A DNA stretch of 63,998 nt, filler included, from Octopus bimaculoides (GCF_001194135.2; 6 parts of 6 records of this genome joined end to end with filler, not necessarily neighbours in it); one strand, 5' to 3'. Positions 1 through 13,841 are shown, counted from the whole stretch's first letter. Numbers and translations: made by a program. The notes: generated by a model from the sequence alone, not told the origin.

Positions 1-129
1 ATATATATATATATATATATATAGCAAAGGGATGTGTTATAATACTATTCCACAGCCATACCAACAATCCATTAATACTATTCCACATATGCAAAAACAG
101 CCATATCAACAATCCAACATACCTCCATC

Positions 130-400
130 ATCAGCTGCCCCACGGATATCATTATGGGTTCGACACCTGGACAGTACCATTCAATCCATCGGTGTAAACA
201 GCACTAAAATAAGTGTCGTTTGGGAACAAACAAACCAAAGAAACCACAACTTTCAAAGACATTTAGCCTATGTACAACTGTATCAGAAAAAAAATTCAAT
301 ACGTAAATTACAACCTACTCCTAAATACGTAACTGTACAGCGACAAATCTGTTAAGTCATACAAAATTCATAATCCCTACCGACGCTTGCTTCCCCCACT
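130..400 (+). mobile_element. Possible highly decayed Penelope-like element fragment
   Basis: Weak translated resemblance (KNSIR-like, 'HFQRHLAYVQLYQKKNSIR') to the region upstream of the Penelope GIY-YIG domain; frameshifted. Recognition only. Confidence 0.25.
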
Positions 401-664
401 AACGCCTCTCCCACACCCTAACACCACCACACCACAACACACAACTACGCCTCCTTACCACACCACACAACATCACATCACCCAGCTCACACTAGCACTG
501 ACCACTTCCCATCACCCACACCAGCGTCTTTATGCTTTTTAGCAAATGAAAAGAACATTTTGGGATTGAGTTTTATTTTCTCAATGGCCCAACTCTCCGC
601 AGCTGTTCTTTGACTGTTAATGACTGGTTTTGATTGTTTTGGTGATTTGATCGTTTGGTGATTT

Positions 665-738
665 GCTTAGTGGTTCGTCAAAAGTGGCCGATAGAATAAA
701 TACGAAGCTTACAAAGAATATGTCCTGGGATCGAATGG
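665..738 (+). mobile_element. 3' fragment of SINE family B (CORE-type SINE with internal microsatellite)
   Basis: ttagtggttcgtcaaaagtggccgatagaataaatacgaagcttacaaagaatatgtcctgggatcga matches the 3' half of the fuller copies at 14669 and 16524. Confidence 0.65.
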
Positions 739-740
739 GA

Positions 741-802
<62 letters not shown>

Positions 803-1251
803 ATGTATGTATGCATGTATGTATAAGTACACACACATAAATACAAGAACACACACACACGCACACAGTTTTAATGATTTCTTAAAAGTTCGTTTGGCTC
901 GTAATATCTCCCGAAAACGACAAAATTTGATTTGAAGTGAAATTATCAGCGAGACTCGATTGACTATGTTCATATTAATTAGCTTTTTATCCGTCCAGTG
1001 TTTACATACATAACATCGCAATATCCAAATGTCACATAGTATGAATGTCTGATGAAATAGCGTACGACAAAGATAAAGAGATCAGTTGAGGAGCGGAAGT
1101 AGGGGGAGACAATAATGTTGAAATGTAGTTGGAAGTAGGTGGGGGGCATTAATGTTGAAATGTGAGATCGTAAGGGAAGACCGTTCTACATACTCATCCA
1201 AATAAACTAAGGTGTGTATTTACAAGAAATCAATTAAGCAAATACAAGCAA

Positions 1252-1296
<45 letters not shown>

Positions 1297-1655
1297 CGCA
1301 TATATATATATATATATATATGAATGTATATACGTGTATACACACATACACACACACACATACACACACACACGTGCACACACGTGTATATAGCGAATAG
1401 ATTTGAGTGCACCTATCTCTCCATCAGAGTATATTGCGTGTAATAGAACATAAAATAGTCGTCTTTCAAATAAAAATAGGAAAGGAGCGATGACGTCCCG
1501 AGATAGCTATGGACACATACTCATGTACGCAAATAAATGACTATACACATAGACACACACCATATTTATCTAGCTAGCTATCTCCCCCCCCCCCATCTCT
1601 CTCTCTCTGAACGAAAGGCAGATAGATACATAGCCAGAGAGCTACCTACATTATA

Positions 1656-1768
1656 CAGGGTGTCCACAAAGTCTGGCTACATGGAGTAAATAAAATCATA
1701 AACAATTAAGTATAAGAAATAATAATTTATTAAAGTATGTGTTAATCCCCATGTACCTGGACAATGTT
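1656..1768. mobile_element. Short Tc1/mariner-type MITE remnant
   Basis: TA followed by CAGGGTGTCCACAAAGTCTGGCTACATGG (mariner-type terminus); partial reverse complement CCATGTACCTGGAC at about 1749-1762; right end truncated. Confidence 0.55.
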
Positions 1769-2061
1769 AAAGAGTTAAGATACATGTGTGTGTGTTTTTG
1801 TGTGTATGTATGCGTGTGAGAGTGTGTATGTGTGTGCATCATGCGAAAGAGAACTTCCCTCGGATTCCAGTTATTCTCGACTTCCAAGTTTTCTCTTCAA
1901 TAACACTGCGAACGAATGAACGCCATTTTCAATGACAGCTTTTTTTTCTCTCTCTTAGCTTTCTCTGTCTGTCTCTGTTTGTCTGTCTCTGTCTCTCTAT
2001 CTCTGTTTCTTTGTTACCGTCTCACTTTCTCTGTCTGTCTCACTTCCAAAGATATACACAT

Positions 2062-2411
2062 AGGAGGAGGAGGAGGAAAACCCTTTCGGTCATCAATGAC
2101 CATGGGATTGCACCTAGAAAGTTACCCTTCGAGGCGCAAGTCCGGGCAAGGTTGTTCAAGGAAGGTCATCAGTCACCTATGCATACCAGCCTCCCCTCTC
2201 TACGCCACTGATGTTATCCAAGAGAGAGAGGCAAAGAGACCGATACAGCCTGGCACCAGTGACGTCGCAACTCATTTCTACAGCTGAGTGAACTGGAGCA
2301 ACATGAAATAAAGTGTCTTGCTCAAGATCACAACACGCAGCCCAGTCCAGGATTCGAACTCACAACCTCACGATCGTAAGCTCGACGCTCTAACCACTGA
2401 GCTATGTGCCC
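2062..2411 (-). mobile_element. tRNA-derived CORE-type SINE (family A variant)
   Basis: Minus strand reads GGGCACATAGCTCAGTGGTTAGAGC (A box) ... GAGTTCGAATCC (B box), then GTGATCTTGAGCAAGACACTTT (CORE-like motif); ends in (CCT)n; 5' end abuts an N gap. Confidence 0.85.
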
Positions 2412-2807
2412 NNNNNNNNNNNNNNNNNNNNNNNNNNNNNNNNNNNNNNNNNNNNNNNNNNNNNNNNNNNNNNNNNNNNNNNNNNNNNNNNNNNNNNNNN
2501 NNNNNNNNNNNNNNNNNNNNNNNNNNNNNNNNNNNNNNNNNNNNNNNNNNNNNNNNNNNNNNNNNNNNNNNNNNNNNNNNNNNNNNNNNNNNNNNNNNNN
2601 NNNNNNNNNNNNNNNNNNNNNNNNNNNNNNNNNNNNNNNNNNNNNNNNNNNNNNNNNNNNTATATATATATATATATATATATATATACGTACATATACA
2701 CACATACATATATATAAGCATACATATATATTATGTATATGCGCTTGGACATAGCTGTGCTTATTATATGTATATTGCATCAATCAATCAATCTATCTAT
2801 CTATCTA

Positions 2808-2852
<45 letters not shown>

Positions 2853-2889
2853 ATACATACATACATATACACATACGTATATATGCATG

Positions 2890-2922
<33 letters not shown>

Positions 2923-2992
2923 GCGTACATACAGATACATAACTGCGGGTTAGTTTTTCAGATGCTTACAGAAAATTTAATAAGTTGTCTAT

Positions 2993-3038
<46 letters not shown>

Positions 3039-3918
3039 GTGTGTGTGTATGTATATGTGCGTTTGTGTATACATGTCTATATATATATATATATATATAT
3101 GCAAGTCAGTAAATAGTGGGGTTGTGTTATATATGCATATATATTTCTGTGTTTTTATATACGCATACCTACCAGCATACCAGTATATGCATATGTGTGT
3201 CCGTGTCTATATATATATATATATATATATACATATATACACACATATACAGGATTTTGTCTCATATCCGTACACACACCCGTACATATGCATAATTATG
3301 TGTCTATGTATGCATCTATCTATCTATCTATATATATATATATCTGTATGTGTGTGTGTGTGTGCATGTACACACACATGCATACATACATATTTTCTTA
3401 CATACATACATTACTCCCCCCCACACACACACACACCGCTCGCGCATACACACAGGCATTAACATTCCGTATACGACACCTGTATTAATTACCGCTCCTC
3501 TGCCCATCGTTTAAACTCTGCACTCCGTGGTTCCCCTTCACCCCTTTATTGCGGTGTGCAGTGTGAAGTGTGAAGTGTGCAGCGGTTATCGAAAACATGC
3601 CTCGTTGCACACTGTTGCTGCTCTCTAATTCAGGCAGCCAATCGTTACAGTCGACCGCCATCATAAGTAGTGAGAGGTATTTGAACACCGAGAGAACATT
3701 GAATAACTTAATGTTTCGTACGCGAATAATAAACTCTCCGACAGCTCAGCCGTACACACATACACACACACATACATACATACATACATACATATATACA
3801 TACGTACATACATACATACATACGTACGTTCATACATGCATACATACATAAATACATATACATACATACGAACATACTTATCGCTGTCATCGTCAAGCTG
3901 GTCGTCGTCGTTATCGTC

Positions 3919-3949
<31 letters not shown>

Positions 3950-4056
3950 ACATCATCATCATCACCTTCCTCGTGTTGTTTTCTCACCCTTACTATCACC
4001 ATATACATGTGTGTGTGTAACTGATACGTGTAGGACATGTGTTGGATGCTCTAACG

Positions 4057-4089
<33 letters not shown>

Positions 4090-4416
4090 NNNNNNNNNNN
4101 NNNNNNNNNNNNNNNNNNNNNNNNNNNNNNNNNNNNNNNNNNNNNNNNNNNNNNNNNNNNNNNNNNNNNNNNNNNNNNNNNNNNNNNNNNNNNNNNNNNN
4201 NNNNNNNNNNNNNNNNNNNNNNNNNNNNNNNNNNNNNNNNNNNNNNNNNNNNNNNNNNNNNNNNNNNNNNNNNNNNNNNNNNNNNNNNNNNNNNNNNNNN
4301 NNNNNNNNNNNNNNNNNNNNNNNNNNNNNNNNNNNNNNNNNNNNNNNNNNNNNNNNNNNNNNNNNNNNNNNNNNNNNNNNNNNNNNNNNNNNNNNNNNNN
4401 NNNNNNNNNNNNNNNN

Positions 4417-4447
<31 letters not shown>

Positions 4448-4641
4448 CTGCATTTTCAGATCAATTCTTCGTTTCGTTCCTGTGTAACTTGAATTAACGT
4501 GAAAAATATTTTCATCGTAATGTTGTATGCATTTCCCTTTTTTTTTTCTTTTTCTTGTTTTGTATCCCTATTTTCCTCTACAACTTTTGTCTAACACTTT
4601 TGAAACGTGAATAAGTCTTGCCTCTTTTCAACTATAAGACA

Positions 4642-5300
4642 ACGGAATGCTAAATAGTAAAAAGAAAGAAAAAAAAAGTCCAGCGTTTTCGATTCCTACT
4701 TCTCTTCGCTTTCAATAAAAGTTTTAAAACTGGCAAATCCTCTCGAGACATTTGCTGTGCTCTGTACGTAGAAGGAATTGCACAGAAATAGTTTCCACCT
4801 TTCAAGGAAGGAAAATTCGGCCTCACAGATTTTCCGCATTCTTGTTCAGTTCAAAGAGGATTGATTGAACAAGGTGATCCACGAGGATCCACACTAATTC
4901 ACACGGGAATTGGCCTAGCAGATGTGACCCTCCCATGATCACGTCGCCTGTCACCTTCACTTGATGGACTATCCGGCTGGAACGACCCCACCGGTGATAT
5001 GGCGTGCTTCTTTAGCACAACACTCGCCTAGTTTGACCAAAATTTGAACAGAAATGCTATTCAAGGGTTCAATTAGGAAATTTATCCGGCATCAGCCGTA
5101 TTCTCCTGATAATAGCGCTTTCAGATTAAAACTATATTCAGTCACTCTTTAACAATCTGCGAGGCGTCTCGTTCAAAAACGACATGGTGTTCAAAACATA
5201 GCTCAATGGACAGAGAATCTCCTCCATCAATGAAATGACCAGGCTAGTGGATCGTTGGAAAAACGTCGCGAACAATAAAGGAGAATATACCGTTGATTGA
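4642..5300 (+). mobile_element. Decayed, internally deleted mariner (DD34D-type) transposase
   Basis: Broken-frame translation gives N-terminal 'RFRFLLLFAFNKS..RDIC..EGIAQK..FKEGKFGLTD..HEDPH..TRELA', then 'QHNTR' (HDNARPH-like), 'HQPYSPD..SD' (YSPDLAPSD) and 'LVDRWKNVANNKGEY'; contains stops and frameshifts; middle of the gene is missing. Confidence 0.85.
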
Positions 5301-7210
5301 ATTGCTAAATTTGTTGGTGACTCTCTAACTATTCTGCTACTTCGCCATTATATTCCACGTAAAAAAAAAAAAGACAATAACAAAAGAAAAAAACCAAGCG
5401 TTTGTTAATTTTTCAATGATCACATTTCCTGCAATTCGGAAACCATGCTTGCCTCGTGGTTGTGCCTGTATTCAGCTAGGTGGGCTGGGCTATTTGAGAG
5501 TTACCCGCGTTTTGCTATCATGACAACCCAGTGACAACTGAATGCCGAATAGCTAGCCATTCACGATGCCACACACTCAAATACTTAGATACATAATTAC
5601 ATAATACATACTAACAAACATTTAAATATATAATTACAAGACATACATCCACTTAGATACAGAATTACATAATACACACAGCCATACATACATAGAGGCA
5701 CATGTTTGTCACGGAGGTGTGAGTTCGAATCTCATGGCAGGCCGCCCACACTTTTTTCTGCAAAATAGGGGTAGTTTATCCTGTTCAGGCTATATTATTA
5801 GCATTATCCTGCGTTTGAGAATTTAAAATCACTTTTTTAACTTTCTAAGACATCTCAACGCTTCTAAAAGCAAACTTCATTTGTTTGTTTACGTTTATCG
5901 TAATTTGAATTTAATATANNNNNNNNNNNNNNNNNNNNNNNNNNNNNNNNNNNNNNNNNNNNNNNNNNNNNNNNNNNNNNNNNNNNNNNNNNNNNNNNNN
6001 NNNNNNNNNNNNNNNNNNNNNNNNNNNNNNNNNNNNNNNNNNNNNNNNNNNNNNNNNNNNNNNNNNNNNNNNNNNNNNNNNNNNNNNNNNNNNNNNNNNN
6101 NNNNNNNNNNNNNNNNNNNNNNNNNNNNNNNNNNNNNNNNNNNNNNNNNNNNNNNNNNNNNNNNNNNNNNNNNNNNNNNNNNNNNNNNNNNNNNNNNNNN
6201 NNNNNNNNNNNNNNNNNNNNNNNNNNNNNNNNNNNNNNNNNNNNNNNNNNNNNNNNNNNNNNNNNNNNNNNNNNNNNNNNNNNNNNNNNNNNNNNNNNNN
6301 NNNNNNNNNNNNNNNNNNNNNNNNNNNNNNNNNNNNNNNNNNNNNNNNNNNNNNNNNNNNNNNNNNNNNNNNNNNNNNNNNNNNNNNNNNNNNNNNNNNN
6401 NNNNNNNNNNNNNNNNNNNNNNNNNNNNNNNNNNNNNNNNNNNNNNNNNNNNNNNNNNNNNNNNNNNNNNNNNNNNNNNNNNNNNNNNNNNNNNNNNNNN
6501 NNNNNNNNNNNNNNNNNNNNNNNNNNNNNNNNNNNNNNNNTATATATATATATATATGTATGTATATATTACACACACCCATACGCATAATTACTTTTAT
6601 GAATATGTCTATGTGCATGGGAGTGAGTGAGTGCGTGGGGGGGGCGTGCTTGCGTTCGTGTGTCTGACCGTTTAATTTTGTATACATTTTTGTATAGACA
6701 TCAACTTATATAAATCGTATGCATATGTAAATAGATAGAGATTTGTAGGCCAACGGCTGGCCATAATTAGAGTTCGTGTGGTAATTCAGCGTTTCCTTCA
6801 GTTTGATCAATGAAATGAAACAGAGACAATACATGCGCTTCCTTTAATCAGATAAGAAGCAAAGTTGAAACATGGTCAGATGGTGCATGAGTGCTATAAT
6901 GGTACCAAACCGTTTTGTTGTAACGCTGCCCTGACATTTTAACGAACAAACACTGCCGTGTTTGTACATGAAATTATGGTTCTGCGAGATATCAATTGTT
7001 CAGCCCACGAACACGGATCAACGAGCAGTGGTCCGTCTGCTCGGAGGATGAGAGGAATTTAACGCATCAATATGCTTGCAGCAACATACATACACACACA
7101 CACATACATACATACATACACACATAAACATACATACATACATACACACTTCTAAACGTACATACATACATACATACATACATATACATACATACATACA
7201 TATACATACA

Positions 7211-7242
<32 letters not shown>

Positions 7243-8084
7243 CATACACACACGCACATGCATACATATATACATACACATACATACATTCATTCGTGCA
7301 TATATACGTACATGAACACACAAAGAACTATACATACATGCATGCATCANNNNNNNNNNNNNNNNNNNNNNNNNNNNNNNNNNNNNNNNNNNNNNNNNNN
7401 NNNNNNNNNNNNNNNNNNNNNNNNNNNNNNNNNNNNNNNNNNNNNNNNNNNNNNNNNNNNNNNNNNNNNNNNNNNNNNNNNNNNNNNNNNNNNNNNNNNN
7501 NNNNNNNNNNNNNNNNNNNNNNNNNNNNNNNNNNNNNNNNNNNNNNNNNNNNNNNNNNNNNNNNNNNNNNNNNNNNNNNNNNNNNNNNNNNNNNNNNNNN
7601 NNNNNNNNNNNNNNNNNNNNNNNNNNNNNNNNNNNNNNNNNNNNNNNNNNNNNNNNNNNNNNNNNNNNNNNNNNNNNNNNNNNNNNNNNNNNNNNNNNNN
7701 NNNNNNNNNNNNNNNNNNNNNNNNNNNNNNNNNNNNNNNNNNNNNNNNNNNNNNNNNNNNNNNNNNNNNNNNNNNNNNNNNNNNNNNNNNNNNNNNNNNN
7801 NNNNNNNNNNNNNNNNNNNNNNNNNNNNNNNNNNNNNNNNNNNNNNNNNNNNNNNNNNNNNNNNNNNNNNNNNNNNNNNNNNNNNNNNNNNNNNNNNNNN
7901 NNNNNNNNNNNNNNNNNNNNNNNNNNNNNNNNNNNNNNNNNNNNNNNNNNNNNNNNNNNNNNNNNNNNNNNNNNNNNNNNNNNNNNNNNNNNNNNNNNNN
8001 NNNNNNNNNNNNNNNNNNNNNNNNNNNNNNNNNNNNNNNNNNNNNNNNNNNNNNNNNNNNNNNNNNNNNNNNNNNNNNNNNNNN

Positions 8085-8163
<79 letters not shown>

Positions 8164-8218
8164 AATACATATATATATATATAGATAGATAGACAGACAG
8201 ACAGATAGACAGATAGAC

Positions 8219-8287
<69 letters not shown>

Positions 8288-8794
8288 CATTTCTTTTATT
8301 AGCCACACAGAGATAGATATAGACAGAGATAGATATAGACAGAGAGACGAACAGACAGACACACTAGCACCAGTACTCGGTGCAGCAACTAAATAAAAAC
8401 AATTTTTGGTAAATATATATGAGACATGACATGTTTTAATACAGTCATTTTTGTATGTAATGTCGTCTAGATAAATTTTTATAGTGAAGCTGATACATGT
8501 ATAATATTGAATAGTTCTAGGCGTCCATAATAAGTGGAGAGACCGAGTTTGTCGGTAATTTAGTGACTGAACCATTTGTTATGGATGTCAAAGCATGGCC
8601 ATACTGGAACAAATCGTCTGAACACAACGTATTCAGACGACTTATTCAACTCACCCACCGATACTCGATGCCTCCTTCAAGACCGACCTCATGTAATACA
8701 GAAGGGCCAAGATGGATGTCGTGTGCGGGTTGAAAATATTCGTGCAAGATCAACCAAATAGTGGAGACAATACTATCCTTTAAGTTTTAATGCT

Positions 8795-8922
8795 ACTCTT
8801 TTACTCTTTTATTTGTTTCAGTCATTTGACTACGGCCATGCTGGAGCACCGCCTTTAGTCGAACAGCTCGACCCCCCAGGACTTATTCTTTGTAAGCCTA
8901 GTACTTATTCTATCGATATCTT
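8795..8922 (-). mobile_element. SINE family B, 3' part (rest in gap)
   Basis: Reverse complement of GATAGAATAAGTACTAGGCTTACAAAGAATAAGTCCTGGGG...CCAGCATGGCCGTAGTCAAATGACTGAAAC with an AAAGAGT tail. Confidence 0.85.
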
Positions 8923-10140
8923 NNNNNNNNNNNNNNNNNNNNNNNNNNNNNNNNNNNNNNNNNNNNNNNNNNNNNNNNNNNNNNNNNNNNNNNNNNNNNN
9001 NNNNNNNNNNNNNNNNNNNNNNAGGATTGGAGGAAGAAGAAAAAATTATGAAGAAGAAGAAGAAGAAGAAGGTGAAGCCCCATCTTCTTTCTTCTCCGCA
9101 GCTCTCGCCGAACAAAACCAAATCTGCTTAATTGTTTTAATATACCGTAATAAACTCAAATCTGTTTACATTGGAAGGAGTGTTCTTTTGAACAAGAAAA
9201 AGACAGAGAGAGAGAGACAGACAGAGAGAGACAGAGACAGAAAGAAACAGATGGAAAGAGAGAGAGAGAGATGAAATCCGTGCCGTTTGCTAGCGTCGCC
9301 GACTGAGGAGAGAGAGAGAGAGAGAGAGTGAGGAGGGGGAGGGAGACAAAACGAGTATCAAGCTGCCTGAATCAACAGAATCTATTTATTCTTGCTACGT
9401 ATTAAGTTGACTCGTCTAAACAGCGACATCTGGTGAGAAGAATCGGAAGAAGGGAGGAAAATCTTACATATCGGATTAGCTATGTTTACGCATTTAATAG
9501 TCTTTATTAGTGTATGCATTAGTCTTTTTTTCTTCTTTATCGTTTGTTCCTTTTTTTTTTCTGCGTAAATGTGTTTACACAGGGGGCGAGGTGGAGGCAT
9601 GGAATTTTAGTGTGAGAACACCCCTATTGCTTCCTTCTGATGGTTCGTTGTCTATATCAATATTACATCAGCTCCCCGCAAGGGCCATTTCATTGATTTT
9701 GGAGTATCCTTGTTAACCTCGTCTTAGGCTAATAACGTTACAAGAAAAAGCAACTAGAAATTCACCCATCTCTCCACTTTCCTCTCTCTGTCTCCTTTTC
9801 TCTCTGTATGTGTATGTGTATGTGTCTTCGTATGTGTATGTATATGTGTCTTCGTATGTGTGTGCGTATGTTTCTCTTCTATTTTTTTCATTATTACAAA
9901 TCTTCCACTGAGGTGGGAGCCGGTTTCCTACAAAGATACAAGGTTCCATCTTTGGGATGTAGTTCACTCAGACAAATTCACATTTGGAACTTGAGAAAAG
10001 TCTTGCATATTTTTACTGTTCCACTCACAGATTGCACTTGTAATTAACGAATTAGCCGATCAATTTCTCTTTCTGAAAATCCCAGTTTATCCAGATTCTC
10101 CATTAAGCATCTACTAACAAAACCTAGCGCTCCATATCAT

Positions 10141-10285
10141 GAGGTGTAATAGCCCAGTGGTTAGGGCAGCGGACTCGCGGTCGGAGGATCGCGGTTTCGA
10201 TTCCCAGACAGGGCGTTGTGTGTGTTTATTGAGCGAAAACACCTAAAGCTCCACGAAACTCCGGCAGTGGGTGGTGGCGACCCCT
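10141..10285 (+). mobile_element. tRNA-derived SINE family C, 5' part (cut by gap)
   Basis: A box AGCCCAGTGGTTAGGG, B box GTTTCGATTCCC, and TTATTGAGCGAAAACACCTAAAGCTCCACG shared with the copy at 55655-55936. Confidence 0.85.
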
Positions 10286-10951
10286 NNNNNNNNNNNNNNN
10301 NNNNNNNNNNNNNNNNNNNNNNNNNNNNNNNNNNNNNNNNNNNNNNNNNNNNNNNNNNNNNNNNNNNNNNNNNNNNNNNNNNNNNNNNNNNNNNNNNNNN
10401 NNNNNNNNNNNNNNNNNNNNNNNNNNNNNNNNNNNNNNNNNNNNNNNNNNNNNNNNNNNNNNNNNNNNNNNNNNNNNNNNNNNNNNNNNNNNNNNNNNNN
10501 NNNNNNNNNNNNNNNNNNNNNNNNNNNNNNNNNNNNNNNNNNNNNNNNNNNNNNNNNNNNNNNNNNNNNNNNNNNNNNNNNNNNNNNNNNNNNNNNNNNN
10601 NNNNNNNNNNNNNNNNNNNNNNNNNNNNNNNNNNNNNNNNNNNNNNNNNNNNNNNNNNNNNNNNNNNNNNNNNNNNNNNNNNNNNNNNNNNNNNNNNNNN
10701 NNNNNNNNNNNNNNNNNNNNNNNNNNNNNNNNNNNNNNNNNNNNNNNNNNNNNNNNNNNNNNNNNNNNNNNNNNNNNNNNNNNNNNNNNNNNNNNNNNNN
10801 NNNNNNNNNNNNNNNNNNNNNNNNNNNNNNNNNNNNNNNNNNNNNNNNNNNNNNNNNNNNNNNNNNNNNNNNNNNNNNNNNNNNNNNNNNNNNNNNNNNN
10901 NNNNNNNNNNNNNNNNNNNNNNNNNNNNNNNNNNNNNNNNNNNNNNNNNNN

Positions 10952-11016
<65 letters not shown>

Positions 11017-11232
11017 TACAAATGCTGGTTTCGCTTTCCTTTTTAAGACTACGAAACACATGTACACACATAGACGCACCGAAGACAAGTATTAATAGCA
11101 CACACACATGTGCCTGAAGAGATTTCATTTTGGTTTCAGAGACATTTGTAAAGAAATATACGCATGCGCGCATGCGCACGTATACATTTACATATTCATA
11201 CACACATAGATATAGATTCATAGATATATACA

Positions 11233-11272
<40 letters not shown>

Positions 11273-11671
11273 NNNNNNNNNNNNNNNNNNNNNNNNNNNN
11301 NNNNNNNNNNNNNNNNNNNNNNNNNNNNNNNNNNNNNNNNNNNNNNNNNNNNNNNNNNNNNNNNNNNNNNNNNNNNNNNNNNNNNNNNNNNNNNNNNNNN
11401 NNNNNNNNNNNNNNNNNNNNNNNNNNNNNNNNNNNNNNNNNNNNNNNNNNNNNNNNNNNNNNNNNNNNNNNNNNNNNNNNNNNNNNNNNNNNNNNNNNNN
11501 NNNNNNNNNNNNNNNNNNNNNNNNNNNNNNNNNNNNNNNNNNNNNGTGTGTGTGTGCGTGTGTCTTACTTGCTTTCCAAAAGTACTTTAATGGTACGCAG
11601 AGCTTCAGACTGTTAGCCAAGCAGTAGCAATCTGCAATGCCATTTTAATTCCAGTTCGCGTTTCTTCACCG

Positions 11672-11716
<45 letters not shown>

Positions 11717-12264
11717 GCACACATGCACGCACGCATGTATTCATGCTCACACATTCAATTACTCTTCTCTTCTTTTCTTCCCTTGACCACGCTAAACCAA
11801 ACCGAACCAGCACTTACTACTTCACACTGTACACACTCATAAACACTCACAAGTGATGCATACATACAAACGCATACACACGTACACTTGCACATAGAGA
11901 CACACACTCACTTACACACATACATACACACTCTCTCGCACACACACTCAGAAACGCTTACGCATATACACTCCCTTGCGCTCACACACAGAGACTTACT
12001 TGCATCCACATCCCTTATTGTCTGCTCATTGATTTGTTTGGCAACAAACTAACCTAATTTAGCCTCACCGATTGGCTCCAGTGATTTGCTCGGTGATAAT
12101 TAGATAATCCAACGTAAATCGCCGACAATGAGCCGTACATTGACGAAAATGAACGAAAATTGACGAAGGACAAAGCTTTTATTTATCGTACACATACAAT
12201 CAAACTTTACAGCCCCCCACAACCATATTATTTCCTTTTGCTATTCACACACCCCTTTCTCCCC

Positions 12265-12295
<31 letters not shown>

Positions 12296-12451
12296 ATCTC
12301 ACTCCCTCTTTCTCTCTTTCTCTCTTTCTCTCTCTTTCTCTCTCTCTCTCCTTCTGACAACACCAATTAAGGTAATGTTATTTAGCTGTTTGTTTAGCAT
12401 CAATATCGATAAAAGGATGTCGGTAGCCTTATCATCGCCATTACCTTTACA

Positions 12452-12507
<56 letters not shown>

Positions 12508-12560
12508 CATTATTATTATTATTGTTGTTGCTGTTGTTGTTGTTGTTATTATTATTATTA

Positions 12561-12780
12561 AGTCGAAGAGCTGGCGGAATCGTTAGCACGCCGAGCGAAA
12601 TGCTGAGCGGCATTTCGTCCATCTTTACGTTCTGCGTTCAAATCCCTTCGAGTTCGACTGTGCCTATTACCCTTTCGGGGTCGGTCAAATAAGTACCAGT
12701 TGAATAGTGGGGTCGATGTAATCGACTACCCTACTGCCCCAAGTTTTAGGTTTTGTGCCTATGGTAGAAAGGATTATTAT
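12561..12780 (+). mobile_element. tRNA-derived SINE family D
   Basis: GAGCTGGCGGAATCGTTAGCACGCCG...GTTCTGCGTTCAAAT...CCCTTTCGGGGTCG...AAGTACCAGT...GTAGAAAGG followed by an (ATT)n tail. Confidence 0.85.
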
Positions 12781-13129
12781 TATAAGTAGTAGTGGTAGTA
12801 GTAGTAGTATAAATGACAATCAATAGTTACCTTTCTTTACGTTATGAGATCGACTCTCACCATGGCCGATGTTGATTTTCATTCTTCTAGGCGCGAGAAA
12901 ATAATAAGCCGTTGAGTATTGAGTCGATTCTTAAGATTATAAACTCCGAATAAACTAAAGTTGTGGCCCTGGGCCTACGGTGGAAAACATGTCAAAATCA
13001 TGTCAGGGAAATGCCTTTTGGAATGTGTTTTTATCAATCGTTTTAGGTCAAAGTGTGATTACAACTCAAGAGAACAAGAACAAATGTCGAAAGACATCTG
13101 GTTTAATATTCTTACCTTTCCACCATTCC

Positions 13130-13260
13130 AACAGCCTGGCTTATTACATTTTTTAATCAGCCCCAAAAGAATGAAAGATAAAGTTTGATAGCTGTGGGAT
13201 TGGATCTTAGAGTATAAAGAATCAAAATGAATGTTGCTTAGAATTCTATCCAACACTCAA
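13130..13260 (-). mobile_element. Old SINE family D fragment
   Basis: Minus strand CTTTATCTTTCATTCTTTTGGGGCTGAT resembles the family D central motif. Confidence 0.45.
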
Positions 13261-13437
13261 ATGCGACCGATGATGCGTCATTTAAACACACGAAATTAGG
13301 ATTCTCAGAAAATAAACGCAATTTTTTCCCCAAACAAATAGTAAACGGTGTGAGTTTTGGGGTTTTTTTCTTCTTTTTACGGTCACAATTAATAAAATTG
13401 TGTATTGAGTTTCATAATAGTGATTTTTTAAATTTTG

Positions 13438-13585
13438 GCACGAGGCCAGCAACTTCGGGGGGGGGAGTGAGTCGATTACTGGTACATATTTTATTGATGC
13501 CGAAATGTTGAAAGTAAAGTCGACCTCGGCGGAATTTGAACTCAGAACGTAGAAACAGACGAAATTCCACTAAGTATTAGCTCGA
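13438..13585 (-). mobile_element. SINE family D copy
   Basis: Contains AAAGTCGACCTCGGCGGAATTTGAACTCAGAACGT (reverse complement of the B-box and central region). Confidence 0.85.
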
Positions 13586-13630
13586 CGTGTTTACACATTT
13601 TCATAATATCAAATGTGTAAAACCTGTATT

Positions 13631-13818
13631 GTGGCGAGTTGGAAGATTCGTTAGCACGCTAGGCAAAATGCTTAGTGACATTTCATCCGGATCTGAGTTC
13701 AAATTCCGCCGAGGTCGACTTTGCATTTCATCCTCTCGGGATCGATAAACTGAATATAATAGACTTATCTCCTACCGTCCCCACTGAAATTACTGGTTTT
13801 GTGCCAAAAATTGAAACC
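13631..13818 (+). mobile_element. SINE family D copy
   Basis: GGCGAGTTGGAAGATTCGTTAGCACG...TCTGAGTTCAAATTCCGCCGAGGTCGACTTTGC...TTGAAACC. Confidence 0.85.
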
Positions 13819-13841
13819 CTTAATGTGTAAGAGCTTCAGAC

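Noticed and set aside
32-130. Gln/Pro-rich repeat peptide (QPYQQS twice)
   Set aside because: Small degenerate tandem duplication next to (TA)n; no splice or coding support.
2330-2411. tRNA-like heads (also 10141, 13921, 55860-55936)
   Set aside because: A and B boxes are present, but each continues into SINE body sequence without an acceptor stem or terminator; these are SINE heads, not tRNA genes.
5700-5760. Isolated B-box-like GAGTTCGAATCTC followed by a T run
   Set aside because: No A box or cloverleaf recognisable; at most a SINE or tRNA remnant.
8576-8761. Unique GC-richer stretch with short ORFs
   Set aside because: No recognisable protein motif or splice pair; cannot be assigned without a database search.
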